DNA of 64,000 nt from an uncultured Actinomycetes bacterium (GCA_947085535.1 CAMTWV010000002.1:989-64988); one strand, 5' to 3'. Positions 53,787 to 63,931 are shown, counted from the first letter of the stretch. The notes: generated by a model from the sequence alone, not told the origin. Numbers and translations: made by a program.

Positions 53787-55406
53787 TTAAAGTTTGGCTA
53801 AGTCACCGATTGTTGAGTAACCTAAATTATTGGCTAAATCCGCTACGCGTTCTAAATTCGCAACCAAATCTAAAAAGATTACGCCAGCGGCTGGAACACA
53901 AATACCCTCGTTGAGTCTTTTCATATGCTCGTTACGAGCATTTCTTGAAAGGTCATCAACCTCGTCTTCGTATTTCTGAGTTTCTTTAGCTTTAACGGTG
54001 TCGCTTTCAGAAAAGGCTTCTATCATATTTTCATACATAGTTAAGACTTTTGAACTCAACTCTTTTGTTTCATTGAGGGCAAGCTCTGAAAAGAATATTT
54101 TTTCGTGATATTTTTCTTCTCCAAGCTCGACTATGTTTTCTGCGTGGTCACCAACACGCTCAATATCACTTACATTGTGCATAAGGGCAATTAGACGTTT
54201 GGATTGTTCAGGGCTTAAAGAATGTTGCGATACTTTAGAAAGATACCTTGTGATTTCTGCAGCCAGACTATCAACCGCGTCTTCTCTTTGTTCGACATTT
54301 TTTCGAATGATTTCAAGATTTGGCTTGGGTTGTAGAAAAGCCTCCAAAGCATGGTTTAACATTTCAAGAGTAAGATTAGCCATTCGAGTTAATTCTTTAG
54401 ATGCTTGTCCTAAAGCAATTGAGGGCGTGGAAAGAACGTGGGTGTCTAAGTAAATTGGGCCTCGTTCAATGACAATTTCTTTACCAGGCACAAGAAAAGT
54501 AACTAATTTTACAAAGTATTTTATGAGAAATAATCCAACAACAGTTGATATTACATTAATCGAGGTTTGAGCGTTAGCGATTTGACGCAAAACATTAGGT
54601 GAAGTTTGAACAACTATCTTTGTAAATATAGGCAGGATACTAAAGAATACAATCGTTCCCAAAACATTGAAGATTAAGTGGGCAACGGCTGAGCGTCGAG
54701 CGGTAATTGAGGTACCGATGCTGGCAATCATAGCAGTTACGCAGGTTCCAATTTCTGCACCTAAAACGATAGGTAGAGCCGAGTTTATGCTTAAAATTCC
54801 CTGTGAGGCAGATGCAATAACTAAACCTACTGTGGCGCTACTGCTTTGAATTACCGCTGTAAACATTGCGCCACAGAGAACACCTAAAATAGGTTGTTTT
54901 CCAAAAGTTGTAAAGAATTCAATTACTTTCTCGCTTTCTTTTAAGGGGGAGACTGCGTCTTTAAGGAGAGCAATTCCAAGAAAAAGGATACCGAAACCAA
55001 GCATTGTTTGACCTAAGTATTTATGACGTTTTCGCTTCCCGACATACATTAAGGCAAAACCTATACCTATGGCAGGCAGAGCATATTTATCTATAGGAAA
55101 GGCAATTATCTGAGCGGTGATGGTTGTTCCAATGTTAGCTCCCATAACAACGCTAATTGCCTGCTGGAGATTCATGAGACCTGCATTTACAAAACCAACT
55201 ATCATTACAGTGGTGGAGCTACTGCTTTGAATTATTGCGGTTACTCCTGTGCCAACAAGGGCGCCGCGCCAGGGCCTGGTGGTTAAAACTTCGAGAACTT
55301 TTCGCATCCTATCACCGGCTAACTTTTGAAGACCATCACCCATAAGCTGCATGCCATAGACAAACAAGCCAAGACCACCAATAAGACCCATTATTAACTC
55401 TGCCAA
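53787..55406 (-). CDS. Na+/phosphate cotransporter family protein with C-terminal PhoU-like repeats
   Basis: 539 aa with duplicated QSSSATT/QSSSATV membrane repeats and a C-terminal PhoU-like helical region. Confidence 0.85.
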   Translation of the reverse strand: MAELIMGLIGGLGLFVYGMQLMGDGLQKLAGDRMRKVLEVLTTRPWRGALVGTGVTAIIQSSSSTTVMIVGFVNAGLMNLQQAISVVMGANIGTTITAQIIAFPIDKYALPAIGIGFALMYVGKRKRHKYLGQTMLGFGILFLGIALLKDAVSPLKESEKVIEFFTTFGKQPILGVLCGAMFTAVIQSSSATVGLVIASASQGILSINSALPIVLGAEIGTCVTAMIASIGTSITARRSAVAHLIFNVLGTIVFFSILPIFTKIVVQTSPNVLRQIANAQTSINVISTVVGLFLIKYFVKLVTFLVPGKEIVIERGPIYLDTHVLSTPSIALGQASKELTRMANLTLEMLNHALEAFLQPKPNLEIIRKNVEQREDAVDSLAAEITRYLSKVSQHSLSPEQSKRLIALMHNVSDIERVGDHAENIVELGEEKYHEKIFFSELALNETKELSSKVLTMYENMIEAFSESDTVKAKETQKYEDEVDDLSRNARNEHMKRLNEGICVPAAGVIFLDLVANLERVADLANNLGYSTIGDLAKL

Positions 55407-55519
55407 TTCTTATCCTCCTTAAAAATTTTAGTTTATTTGGGGATTTTGAGATAAAACTCTTTTAATGGCAACAAATTTCGGTAAGATTAGTATGTGGCTT
55501 ATTTTACAAGTTTATAATT

Positions 55520-56554
55520 GTGCAATCAACAAAAATTTTAAGGAGAGTAAAGTTGAGTGTTTTAAAAAGGTTATTTTTTGTTTTAACCTTATTGGGATTG
55601 GTAATAACTATAGGTGTTTCAGGATATGTGCTCATTGAGGGATGGTCATTTGCTGACGCTTTCTATATGACCGCGATAACTATCTCAACTGTTGGTTTTC
55701 GAGAAGTTTTCCCTCTTTCTTTAGCAGGGAAGTTCTTTACCATATTTTTAATTTTAGCTGGAGTAGGCACAGCAATTTACGCAATAGGTTCGGTTCTTGA
55801 GTTTTTAATTGAGGGGCATCTTACAGGAATTATGGAAAAAAGGAGAGTGAAAAGGATGATGTCAGAATTAAAGAACCATTGTATAGTTTGTGGTTTTGGA
55901 CGAGTTGGCGAGCAAGTTGTCAGAGAATTTGTAAAAACTAAAACTCCTTTTGTGGTTGTTGAAAAAGATTTAGAAAAAGCAGCAAAGTGTCGTGAAGAGG
56001 GTTTTTTGTGCTTAGAAGGAGACGCTTCAAATGATTTGGTTTTAAGTGAAGCAGGTATCGATAAGGCTAAAGCATTGATTGCAGCAGTAGACACTGATGC
56101 AGATAATGTATTTGTCACTCTCTCGGCTCGTCAGATGAATCCTAAGATTTTCATTGCCGCTCGGGCAAATTTAGAAGAATCAGAGGAAAAACTGAGAAAG
56201 GCTGGAGCTGATAGGGTAATATCTCCAACAGTTATAGGTGGGCGACGAATGGCATCCTTAGTTCTTAAACCTTTAGTCTGTGATTATTTGGATATTATTG
56301 CTCATGGGGAAGGATTAGAACTACAACTTGAGGAAGTTGAGATAAAAGAAGGAGTTGAATTAGGGGGTCGAACTTTAAAAGAAGCTGATATTCGAGGCAA
56401 AACAGGCGCTTTAATCCTTGCTATCAGAAAACCTACAGGTGAATTTAACACAAGTCCAAAAGCTGATACGGTTATAATGTCTCAGGACAAATTAATTGTT
56501 TTAGGCACACCTTTTCAGTTAAAAGAATTGCAGAAAGTTCTAAATATAAGTTGA
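55520..56554 (+). CDS. Two-TM pore channel with TrkA-N (RCK) and TrkA-C domains and a non-canonical filter
   Basis: Pore helix and filter TISTVGFREV. RCK Rossmann motif VCGFGRVGEQV. C-terminal TrkA-C. Confidence 0.75.
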   Translation: MQSTKILRRVKLSVLKRLFFVLTLLGLVITIGVSGYVLIEGWSFADAFYMTAITISTVGFREVFPLSLAGKFFTIFLILAGVGTAIYAIGSVLEFLIEGHLTGIMEKRRVKRMMSELKNHCIVCGFGRVGEQVVREFVKTKTPFVVVEKDLEKAAKCREEGFLCLEGDASNDLVLSEAGIDKAKALIAAVDTDADNVFVTLSARQMNPKIFIAARANLEESEEKLRKAGADRVISPTVIGGRRMASLVLKPLVCDYLDIIAHGEGLELQLEEVEIKEGVELGGRTLKEADIRGKTGALILAIRKPTGEFNTSPKADTVIMSQDKLIVLGTPFQLKELQKVLNIS

Positions 56555-56671
56555 GTCCCAAACAATCTCTCATTTCTGCTTAAGAAACTCGTATCTCTTC
56601 CGGTGCCGAAGTACTTTCTGAGACAGCTTTCGTTCCCTTGCAAAAAATTAAGACTTTCTGGGACTCAACTT
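56548..56671. repeat. 124-bp element bounded by a perfect 13-bp inverted repeat
   Basis: aagttgagtccca (56548-56560) and tgggactcaactt (56659-56671) are exact reverse complements. The left arm overlaps the channel gene stop codon. Confidence 0.5.
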
Positions 56672-56827
56672 GATATTAGCAACCCCGCGCCAATTGTCAA
56701 GAAGAAAACAGAAACTTTTTAAAAAATTGTCTAAATTGTTCATTTGAGGTAAACTGAACTTAATTATCAATTTTGATATAATAATAAAAATATGCTATTT
56801 GAATTGGGAGTTTAGTAATATTTAAAT

Positions 56828-57280
56828 ATGAACAAAGAGAAATTAGTCAAAATAGTCATTTATCCTAAAAAAGGTGTTTCCGAAGAACAAAGGGAAGCAC
56901 AAAAATTGTTAGCTTGCAAACAAGCTCCTTCTTTAGCTCGCCTTCTCTCTAAGAAGTTTTTTTATTTATATATTTTGTTTTTACTGTCCACCAAAGAGAG
57001 GTATGGCAACGAAATAATAACCTGTCTGGGTAAGAAATATCCAATTTGGTCAGCTAGTCCAGGTGCAGTATATCCGTTGCTTAAGAAAATGGAGCAAGCC
57101 AAACTCATTTTAGGCACCTGGGGAAAGGGGTTAAGACAGAAACGCTGCGTTTACAGGATAACTGAGAAGGGCAAAGAGGAGTTTAAAAGTTTAAAAGAAG
57201 AGCTTATTCCTTATCTTAAAGCGGCAACGGGGTTGCTCGATGAGGTTGTTTTTGAGGTCGAATCAGGCTGTAAAGAGTAA
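56828..57280 (+). CDS. PadR family transcriptional regulator
   Basis: RYGNEII...SPGAVYPLLKKMEQAKLI...YRITEKGKEEF winged-helix pattern. Confidence 0.75.
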   Translation: MNKEKLVKIVIYPKKGVSEEQREAQKLLACKQAPSLARLLSKKFFYLYILFLLSTKERYGNEIITCLGKKYPIWSASPGAVYPLLKKMEQAKLILGTWGKGLRQKRCVYRITEKGKEEFKSLKEELIPYLKAATGLLDEVVFEVESGCKE

Positions 57281-57414
57281 AAAAAGGATTTTTTCTTGTT
57301 TAAGTCGAATTAAAGTTATAAAATAAATAACCGATGTATTAAATAGTAGTAAAGAACTGCCCTGCCTAACAAAAACAGATTGTGATTTAAAACCCTTCAA
57401 AAGAGGAGGTTGGG

Positions 57415-58527
57415 GTGGTTTTTTTGTTGATTAGGTTTAGAGAAAAATATGCGGTAATTTTAAGCATTTTGGTTTTTGCTTTGCTTGGTGTTTTACTAAT
57501 TACTTCATCAGCAGTTCATGCCACTCCCTCCAAAATTTCCCGAAAGAAAAAAGAAGCTCTTGAGATCAAAGCTCAGGTTGACAAAATTGATCAAGAATTT
57601 GAAGAGGCTGTTGAAGCGTATAATGCTTCGACAATACAGTTGCATGCGATTCAGAAACAAATTGAAATTAAAAGACGCGAATTAGAACAACTAAAAGCTG
57701 AGCTGGAAAAGAGCAACCAGATTTTAAGTGAGCGTTTAGTCGAAATTTATAAACGAGGAGATACTGATTTCCTCTCTGTTTTGCTTTCCACCAGTGATTA
57801 TGATGATTTTGTCTCCCGTCTTCAATTCTTAATTAGAATTAGCGAGAAAGATCACGAGATTTTTGAAAGTTTTAGTGCTTCTAAAAAACGAGTTGAAGAA
57901 ACTAAAGCCAAATTAGAGGAAGAAAAAGGAAAGCAAACTCTTGTTCAGCAGGAATTGGTTGCCAAAAAAAGAGAGATAGAATCTCGTTTAGAGGATAGAA
58001 AAAAGTTACTTACCTCGATTGAAAAAGAGATTGCTCGTCTGATAAAAGAGGAAGAAGAGCGCCAGGCGCGATTGAGAAGGGAAGCTCTCAGGCGTGCCTT
58101 ACTGGCTCGTCAAAAAAGCGAGAATTATGCAACCCCGGCAAGTTCCGGGGTAGGAGGAAAGATTGTTGAAATTGCTAAAAGCTATTTAGGTTGCCCTTAT
58201 CACTGGGCAGCACCATTAAGTGATGGTCGTTGTCCAACCGGGCAGCATGCTATGTGTTTTGACTGCTCAGGTTTAACAATGTGGTGTTATCAGAAAGTGG
58301 GGATTTATCTTTTACATTCAGCCGCCTGGCAGTATGCAAATACGCAGCCTGTTGCATATGAAGATTTAGAGCCAGGAGATCTTATCTTTTTTGGTCGAGA
58401 TGGGGTGTCTCATGTAGGAATATATGTCGGCGACGGGAACTTTCTCCATGCACCTCGAACAGGTGATGTGGTTAGAATCCAGCCTTTAAGTTGTCGGGAC
58501 GACTTTATTGGCGCTGGTCGACCATAA
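57415..58527 (+). CDS. Coiled-coil NlpC/P60 peptidoglycan hydrolase
   Basis: Signal/anchor, a long coiled coil, then the NlpC/P60 core FDCSGLTMWCY...SHVGIYVGDGNFLHAP. Confidence 0.8.
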   Translation: MVFLLIRFREKYAVILSILVFALLGVLLITSSAVHATPSKISRKKKEALEIKAQVDKIDQEFEEAVEAYNASTIQLHAIQKQIEIKRRELEQLKAELEKSNQILSERLVEIYKRGDTDFLSVLLSTSDYDDFVSRLQFLIRISEKDHEIFESFSASKKRVEETKAKLEEEKGKQTLVQQELVAKKREIESRLEDRKKLLTSIEKEIARLIKEEEERQARLRREALRRALLARQKSENYATPASSGVGGKIVEIAKSYLGCPYHWAAPLSDGRCPTGQHAMCFDCSGLTMWCYQKVGIYLLHSAAWQYANTQPVAYEDLEPGDLIFFGRDGVSHVGIYVGDGNFLHAPRTGDVVRIQPLSCRDDFIGAGRP

Positions 58528-58584
58528 AATTTTCGATTTCTGCCGTAAGCAGTCCTGTCTTTAGTGAAGTTTTTAACAAATCTG

Positions 58585-58614
58585 TTGCAAGTCTTTCCTT
58601 TATTATCCTATAAT
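58585..58614 (+). promoter_or_regulatory. Putative promoter of the kinase array
   Basis: TTGCAA, 18-nt spacer, TATAAT (58609-58614). Confidence 0.35.
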
Positions 58615-58673
58615 TACTCTAGATAACGCCTTTTAAAGATTTATAGGGAAAGCTTTTTAAAATAGGAGAATAA

Positions 58674-60677
58674 ATGGATATTGAAGGTTTACTAGAAAGA
58701 CCAGACGTCCAGGCCATACTTTCTAGTATTGCTGATGGAGTAGTAATTAGTGACAGAGACGGCAGAGTAATTCATTTAAGCAAAACTGCAGAAAAAATGC
58801 TTCATGTAAAAGCAGACGAAGTTGTCGGCAAACACATCACCTTCTCGCGCTTGTTTAGACAACCAGGTACACCCCTTAAGAAGCTTGTTGTTTGCTGGCA
58901 GCAATCCGATTGCAGTCAGACCGATTGTCCGGTTCATGGAACAAATAAAGTCCGTTGCTGGATTGAGCCTTCGCTTTGTGGCAAAAATTTTAGCATTGTG
59001 AGTTATAAAGAAAAAATAAAGAAGTGTCGGAACTGTGAGATTTATAAAATTAACTCGGAAATCTTACATGAGCCTTGTGTGACCAAAATTGAAGAAGTTA
59101 TTATCGAAAAACCTGAGAAGAAAGTATTAAAGGTTAAAACCAACCCTGCTCTTGATGAAAACGGTAATTTACTCGGATATGTCCGCACTATACAAGATAT
59201 TACGCTCGAAAAAGAAATTGATGAAATGAAGAGCGAATTCATCTCCACGGTAGCCCATGAACTTAGAATTCCTCTGACCTCAATTAAGGGTTATGTTGAT
59301 TTAATTCTTGAAGGCGAAGCAGGAGAACTCAATGAGGTTCAGGAAGAGTTTTTAAGTATAGTTAGGAAAAACAACGAGCGATTAGTAAATCTTATTAATG
59401 ATTTCCTTGATATTTCAAGAATTGAGTCGGGTAGAGTTGAGTTTAAGATTAAAGAGCATTATATAGATAAAATTGTTTCAGATGTAATAAAAACTTTTGG
59501 GGAGCTAATTGAACGAAAAGAAATGAAGGTGAAATTAAATATCCCCTCCGAACTGCCTCAAGCTATGGTTGATCATGAACGAATTACTCAAGTGCTGAAT
59601 AACTTAATTAGCAACGCTATAAAATATTCTTTGCCAGGAGGAAAGATAGAAATATCAGTTACTGCCGATGGAAATTTTGAGACCATAAGTGTAGCTGATA
59701 CGGGAGCAGGCATTTCTCCTGAAGATTGCGCAAATCTTTTTAAAAAGTTTTACCGCGTAGATAGTTCGCTTACTCAGGAAATTGGAGGAAGCGGTTTAGG
59801 GTTATCGATTTGCAAAACAATTATTGAAATGCACGGGGGCAAAATCTGGGTCGAGAGCAAAGCAGGGAAGGGTAGCACATTTAGTTTTACCGTGCCCGTC
59901 GCTAAAAAAGAGAAGAAAAAGAAACCACAACTGGTTAAACAGGGGATGAGGGTTCTCATTGTCGATGATGAACCTGACATCGCCAACTTAATTCAAATTT
60001 ATCTTGAGAAGGAAGGATATTTTGTTATTAAAGCTTATGATGGGGAAGAGGCGTTAAAGTTAGCACGGAAAGAAAAACCTGATTTAATCACTTTAGATAT
60101 TATGATGGAGGGTATGGATGGCTTTGAAGTTTTGAGGCGATTAAAAGCCGACACCAACACTGCTTCTATTCCTGTTGTTGTTCTCTCTGCTGTTTTAGAT
60201 GAAGAAAAAGGTTATCGATTGGGGGCAGCCGACTATTTAGCCAAATCCATTGACCAGGATAAACTAACTTATACTATCAATCGACTCTTAAAGCAAACAG
60301 AAGACACGACAAAAAAGATTTTAGTCGTTGATGACGATAAAGATATTGTCAGTTTTATTTCCATATCTTTAAAGAGAAAGGGTTTTAGGGTTTTTGAGGC
60401 TTTCAATGGGAAAGAGGGAATTGAGGTTGCCCGGCGAGAAAAACCTGATTTAATCTTGCTTGACCTCAGGATGCCTGAATTGAGTGGTTATCAAGTAATT
60501 GATATTCTAAAAAAAGATAAAGATTTAAGACATATTCCCATAATTATTATGACCGCTTATGATTTTGATGAGAGCAAAATTGAGACATTAAACCTTGCCT
60601 CAGAGCATCTCTCGAAGCCATTTTCGATGAGATTTTTAACCTCTAAAATCGAGCAGATTTTAAAGGAGATTTCTTAA
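58674..60677 (+). CDS. Hybrid sensor histidine kinase: PAS split by a 7-Cys insertion, HisKA, HATPase_c, REC, REC
   Basis: H-box STVAHELRIPLTSIKGY, N-box NLISNAIKY, G-boxes DTGAGI and GGSGLGLSICK, and two receiver domains (VLIVDDEPD...TLDIMM; ILVVDDDKD...LLDLRMP). Confidence 0.85.
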   Translation: MDIEGLLERPDVQAILSSIADGVVISDRDGRVIHLSKTAEKMLHVKADEVVGKHITFSRLFRQPGTPLKKLVVCWQQSDCSQTDCPVHGTNKVRCWIEPSLCGKNFSIVSYKEKIKKCRNCEIYKINSEILHEPCVTKIEEVIIEKPEKKVLKVKTNPALDENGNLLGYVRTIQDITLEKEIDEMKSEFISTVAHELRIPLTSIKGYVDLILEGEAGELNEVQEEFLSIVRKNNERLVNLINDFLDISRIESGRVEFKIKEHYIDKIVSDVIKTFGELIERKEMKVKLNIPSELPQAMVDHERITQVLNNLISNAIKYSLPGGKIEISVTADGNFETISVADTGAGISPEDCANLFKKFYRVDSSLTQEIGGSGLGLSICKTIIEMHGGKIWVESKAGKGSTFSFTVPVAKKEKKKKPQLVKQGMRVLIVDDEPDIANLIQIYLEKEGYFVIKAYDGEEALKLARKEKPDLITLDIMMEGMDGFEVLRRLKADTNTASIPVVVLSAVLDEEKGYRLGAADYLAKSIDQDKLTYTINRLLKQTEDTTKKILVVDDDKDIVSFISISLKRKGFRVFEAFNGKEGIEVARREKPDLILLDLRMPELSGYQVIDILKKDKDLRHIPIIIMTAYDFDESKIETLNLASEHLSKPFSMRFLTSKIEQILKEIS

Positions 60678-60681
60678 GCAA

Positions 60682-61074
60682 GTGGAACAGAAAAGAATTC
60701 TTATAGTTGACGATGAGCCTGATATTATAAGGTTGGTCAAATTCATTCTCGAAAAGAGAGGATTTGAAGTATTTGTTGCTTCTGATGGCAAGGCGGCAAT
60801 TAGCTCAGCTTTTAAAATTTTACCTGATTTAATTGTGCTTGATGTATTGATGCCCAATTTTAATGGTTATGAGGTATGTGAAAAATTAAAAAAAGATGAA
60901 AGAACTAAGAATATTCCTGTGGTGATGCTATCCGCTAAAAGCCAGGAATCAGAAAAGAAACAAGGTTTTGCCGCTGGCGCGGCTGATTATATTTCCAAGC
61001 CGTTTAATACTGAAGATTTTGTTAGCAGGGTAACATCGATAATAAAAATGTTTCAGGAAAACCTACTTGCGTAG
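60682..61074 (+). CDS. Single-domain response regulator (CheY-like receiver)
   Basis: ILIVDDEPD, VLDVLMP (phospho-Asp), SAKS and SKPF motifs. Confidence 0.85.
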   Translation: MEQKRILIVDDEPDIIRLVKFILEKRGFEVFVASDGKAAISSAFKILPDLIVLDVLMPNFNGYEVCEKLKKDERTKNIPVVMLSAKSQESEKKQGFAAGAADYISKPFNTEDFVSRVTSIIKMFQENLLA

Positions 61075-61109
61075 AAGCTTAAAATTTATTTTTGGAGGAA
61101 AAACTTTAA

Positions 61110-63512
61110 GTGAAGGAATCTAAGCCAAGGTCTGACAACAGAAAAGATTTAAAAACAAGGAGTATATTAGCCTCTCTTAACGAAGGCATACTTGTAGTTA
61201 ACAAAGATTATCTTGTGGTGTTAATGAACGAAACAGCTGAGCGGATTCTTTGTAAAAGAAGAGAAAGTGTAATTGGGAAAGATATCGTAAGCATTTTTAA
61301 TTCCTCTCTTAAAGGAGTAATTTCTTCAGCTATCACAACAGCTATTTCAGAGAAAGCTTCTCTTTCTATGGTGGAAAGTGTTCCTGATTTAAAAAAGGTA
61401 TTAAAGTTAAGTTTCAGTCCTTTTTCGGATGCAGATAAAAATTTGGAAGGCACAATAATTGTTATTTCCGATGTTACTCAAATAGATCGCGAGCGAGAAG
61501 AAAAAGAAGCTATTCTATCAGGTACAAGTGACGGTTTAATCTTCTTTGATAAAAATGATAGCATTACTTATTTAAATCCAGCTGCTCTTGAAATGTTAAA
61601 TGTTCAAAAAGAAGAAGTAGCGGGGGAAAAGCTTAGCCTGTTTGAACTTTTAGGAAAGAAAAAGCTGAGCAGAATGGAGCCAGTTAAATGTAAAGAAATG
61701 CTTGATTGCAAGCTTAAAGAGTGTTTGGCATATAACTCAGATGAAGTGAGATGCTGGCTAATTTCTGATGCTTTTTGTCAGGATGAATCATGGACAAATT
61801 TTGAAACCAAAATTCAGAAATGTCGCGATTGCGTTGTTTATAAAATTAACTCTGAAGCAGTCGAGGAAACCGGATTAGCCTCAATTGAGGAGATAACTAT
61901 TGTTGAGCCTGCCTATAAAGTTATTAAGGTAAAGACCAATCCTGTTGTCGATAGAGCCGGTAATTATCTTGGATATGTTAAAACCTTGCACGATATTACC
62001 GCTGAGAAGAAAGTAGACCAGATGAAAAATGAGTTTGTTTCCACCGTTTCCCATGAATTGCGGACCCCCCTAACCTCAATTAAAGGATATATTGATTTGA
62101 TTTTAGAAGGTGAAGCAGGGGAAATAAACGAAATTCAAAGAGAGTTTTTAAACACAGTTAAGCAAAATAATAATAGATTGGTTGCTTTAATCAATGATTT
62201 GCTGGACATTTCCAGAATTGAGTCGGGGCGAGTTCATTTAAGAATTAAACCTGTCAATTTTTATGAAATTGTTGACGAGACTGTTAATACATTTAAAACA
62301 TTAATTGACAAAAAATCACTCAATCTCAGTGTTTCTTTTCATGATGAGCCACCCATTATTAATGTTGATCGGGATCGTATTTGTCAGGTTATGGCAAATC
62401 TTTTAAGTAACGCAATAAAATATACGCCGGCAAATGGCAAAATAGGAATTGATGTAGTAAATGTTGATGGTGAGGTATTTATTAGTATTAAAGATACAGG
62501 TATAGGTATATCTCTGGATGACCAGCAGTATTTGTTTACCAAGTTTTATAGAGTTGACAGTTCGCTTACCCGAGAAATTGGGGGAAGTGGTTTAGGTTTG
62601 TCAATTTGCAAGACGATTATTGAATTACACGGTGGTCGAATTTGGGTCGATAGCGAAGCAGGGAAGGGAAGTGTTTTTACTGTTGCTCTTCCTGTGGCAG
62701 CGCAAAAAGAAGAAGTTATTCCTGAAGTTTCTCTTATAGAAGTGAGCTCAGTGATTAAAAGTCATAAGGGTAAGCGGATTTTAGTTGTGGATGATGAGCC
62801 CGATATAGCCAAATTAATCCAGATTTATCTGGAAAAAGAGGGATATTTTGTTATTAAAGCGTTTAATGGCGAGGAAGCAATTGCCCTGGCTCGCAAAGAA
62901 AAACCTGACCTGGTTACCCTGGATATTATGATGGAGAAAATGGACGGATTTGAAGTTCTCCGTCAGTTAAAAAATGACCCATCTACCCTAAACATTCCTG
63001 TAGTTATTCTTTCAATTGTTTCAGATGAACGAAAGGGATTCAGAATAGGAGCAACAGATTATCTCTCTAAACCTATCAATCCAAGGAGACTTGTAAAAGT
63101 TATTAACGATATTCTGGGTAAAAAATTATACGAAAAAGACAAAAAGAGAAAGATACTTATTGCCGACGACGATGCAAACATTATCAAGTTGTTAAGTAGA
63201 GTTTTAAAAGGAAAAGGTTTTGAGATTTTCGAGGCAAACAATGGTCTTGAGGCAATAAAGTTAGCCGAGGAGAAGCGACCTCATTTGGTTTTGCTTGATT
63301 TGCGCATGCCCGAAATGGATGGTTACCAGGTGATTGAGAAATTGAAAAAATCTAATACAACCAGTCATATCCCCATAGTGGTTATGACTGCCTACGAATT
63401 TGACCGCGGCAAAACAAGAATTTTAAATATGGCTACCGAACATTTATCAAAAAGTTTTTCTGTTGAGACACTAACTACTAAACTTGAAGAAATATTAAGA
63501 GAAGGGTTTTAA
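61110..63512 (+). CDS. Hybrid sensor histidine kinase paralog: PAS, PAS split by a 7-Cys insertion, HisKA, HATPase_c, REC, REC
   Basis: Same architecture as 58674-60677 with one extra N-terminal PAS. Long near-identical peptide stretches (FYRVDSSLT.EIGGSGLGLSICKTIIE.HGG.IWV; LIQIYLEKEGYFVIKA). Confidence 0.85.
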   Translation: MKESKPRSDNRKDLKTRSILASLNEGILVVNKDYLVVLMNETAERILCKRRESVIGKDIVSIFNSSLKGVISSAITTAISEKASLSMVESVPDLKKVLKLSFSPFSDADKNLEGTIIVISDVTQIDREREEKEAILSGTSDGLIFFDKNDSITYLNPAALEMLNVQKEEVAGEKLSLFELLGKKKLSRMEPVKCKEMLDCKLKECLAYNSDEVRCWLISDAFCQDESWTNFETKIQKCRDCVVYKINSEAVEETGLASIEEITIVEPAYKVIKVKTNPVVDRAGNYLGYVKTLHDITAEKKVDQMKNEFVSTVSHELRTPLTSIKGYIDLILEGEAGEINEIQREFLNTVKQNNNRLVALINDLLDISRIESGRVHLRIKPVNFYEIVDETVNTFKTLIDKKSLNLSVSFHDEPPIINVDRDRICQVMANLLSNAIKYTPANGKIGIDVVNVDGEVFISIKDTGIGISLDDQQYLFTKFYRVDSSLTREIGGSGLGLSICKTIIELHGGRIWVDSEAGKGSVFTVALPVAAQKEEVIPEVSLIEVSSVIKSHKGKRILVVDDEPDIAKLIQIYLEKEGYFVIKAFNGEEAIALARKEKPDLVTLDIMMEKMDGFEVLRQLKNDPSTLNIPVVILSIVSDERKGFRIGATDYLSKPINPRRLVKVINDILGKKLYEKDKKRKILIADDDANIIKLLSRVLKGKGFEIFEANNGLEAIKLAEEKRPHLVLLDLRMPEMDGYQVIEKLKKSNTTSHIPIVVMTAYEFDRGKTRILNMATEHLSKSFSVETLTTKLEEILREGF

Positions 63513-63514
63513 GA

Positions 63515-63901
63515 TTGGGAAAAAGAAAAGTTTTAATCGTCGATGATGAGCCTGATATTGTTAGACTGGTTCAATTTACACTGGAACGTCGAGGTTTTGA
63601 GGTAATTGTTGCTACCGATGGCTTAAGCGCTATTGAGCTTGCCGAAACAGAAAAGCCTGATGTAATTTTACTCGATGCAGTGATGCCCGTTATGAACGGT
63701 TATACGGCTTGTCAGCGTTTAAAAGAAAACTCAAAAACAAAGTCTATCCCAGTAATTATGCTTTCTGCCAAGAGCCAAAAGGTAGAAGTTGAGCTTGGTA
63801 TCGAAATGGGGGCGGAAAATTATATCTGTAAACCATTTAGTCCTTCTCAAATTGCTGATTTGGTTTGTGAAATTTGTGAGTTCAAAAAGGAAGAAGTTTG
63901 A
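63515..63901 (+). CDS. Single-domain response regulator, paralog of 60682-61074
   Basis: VLIVDDEPDIVRLVQFTLERRGFEV, LLDAVMP, SAKS and CKPF motifs. Confidence 0.85.
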   Translation: MGKRKVLIVDDEPDIVRLVQFTLERRGFEVIVATDGLSAIELAETEKPDVILLDAVMPVMNGYTACQRLKENSKTKSIPVIMLSAKSQKVEVELGIEMGAENYICKPFSPSQIADLVCEICEFKKEEV

Positions 63902-63931
63902 TTACGGCGAACTTATAAATGGTGGGATAAA

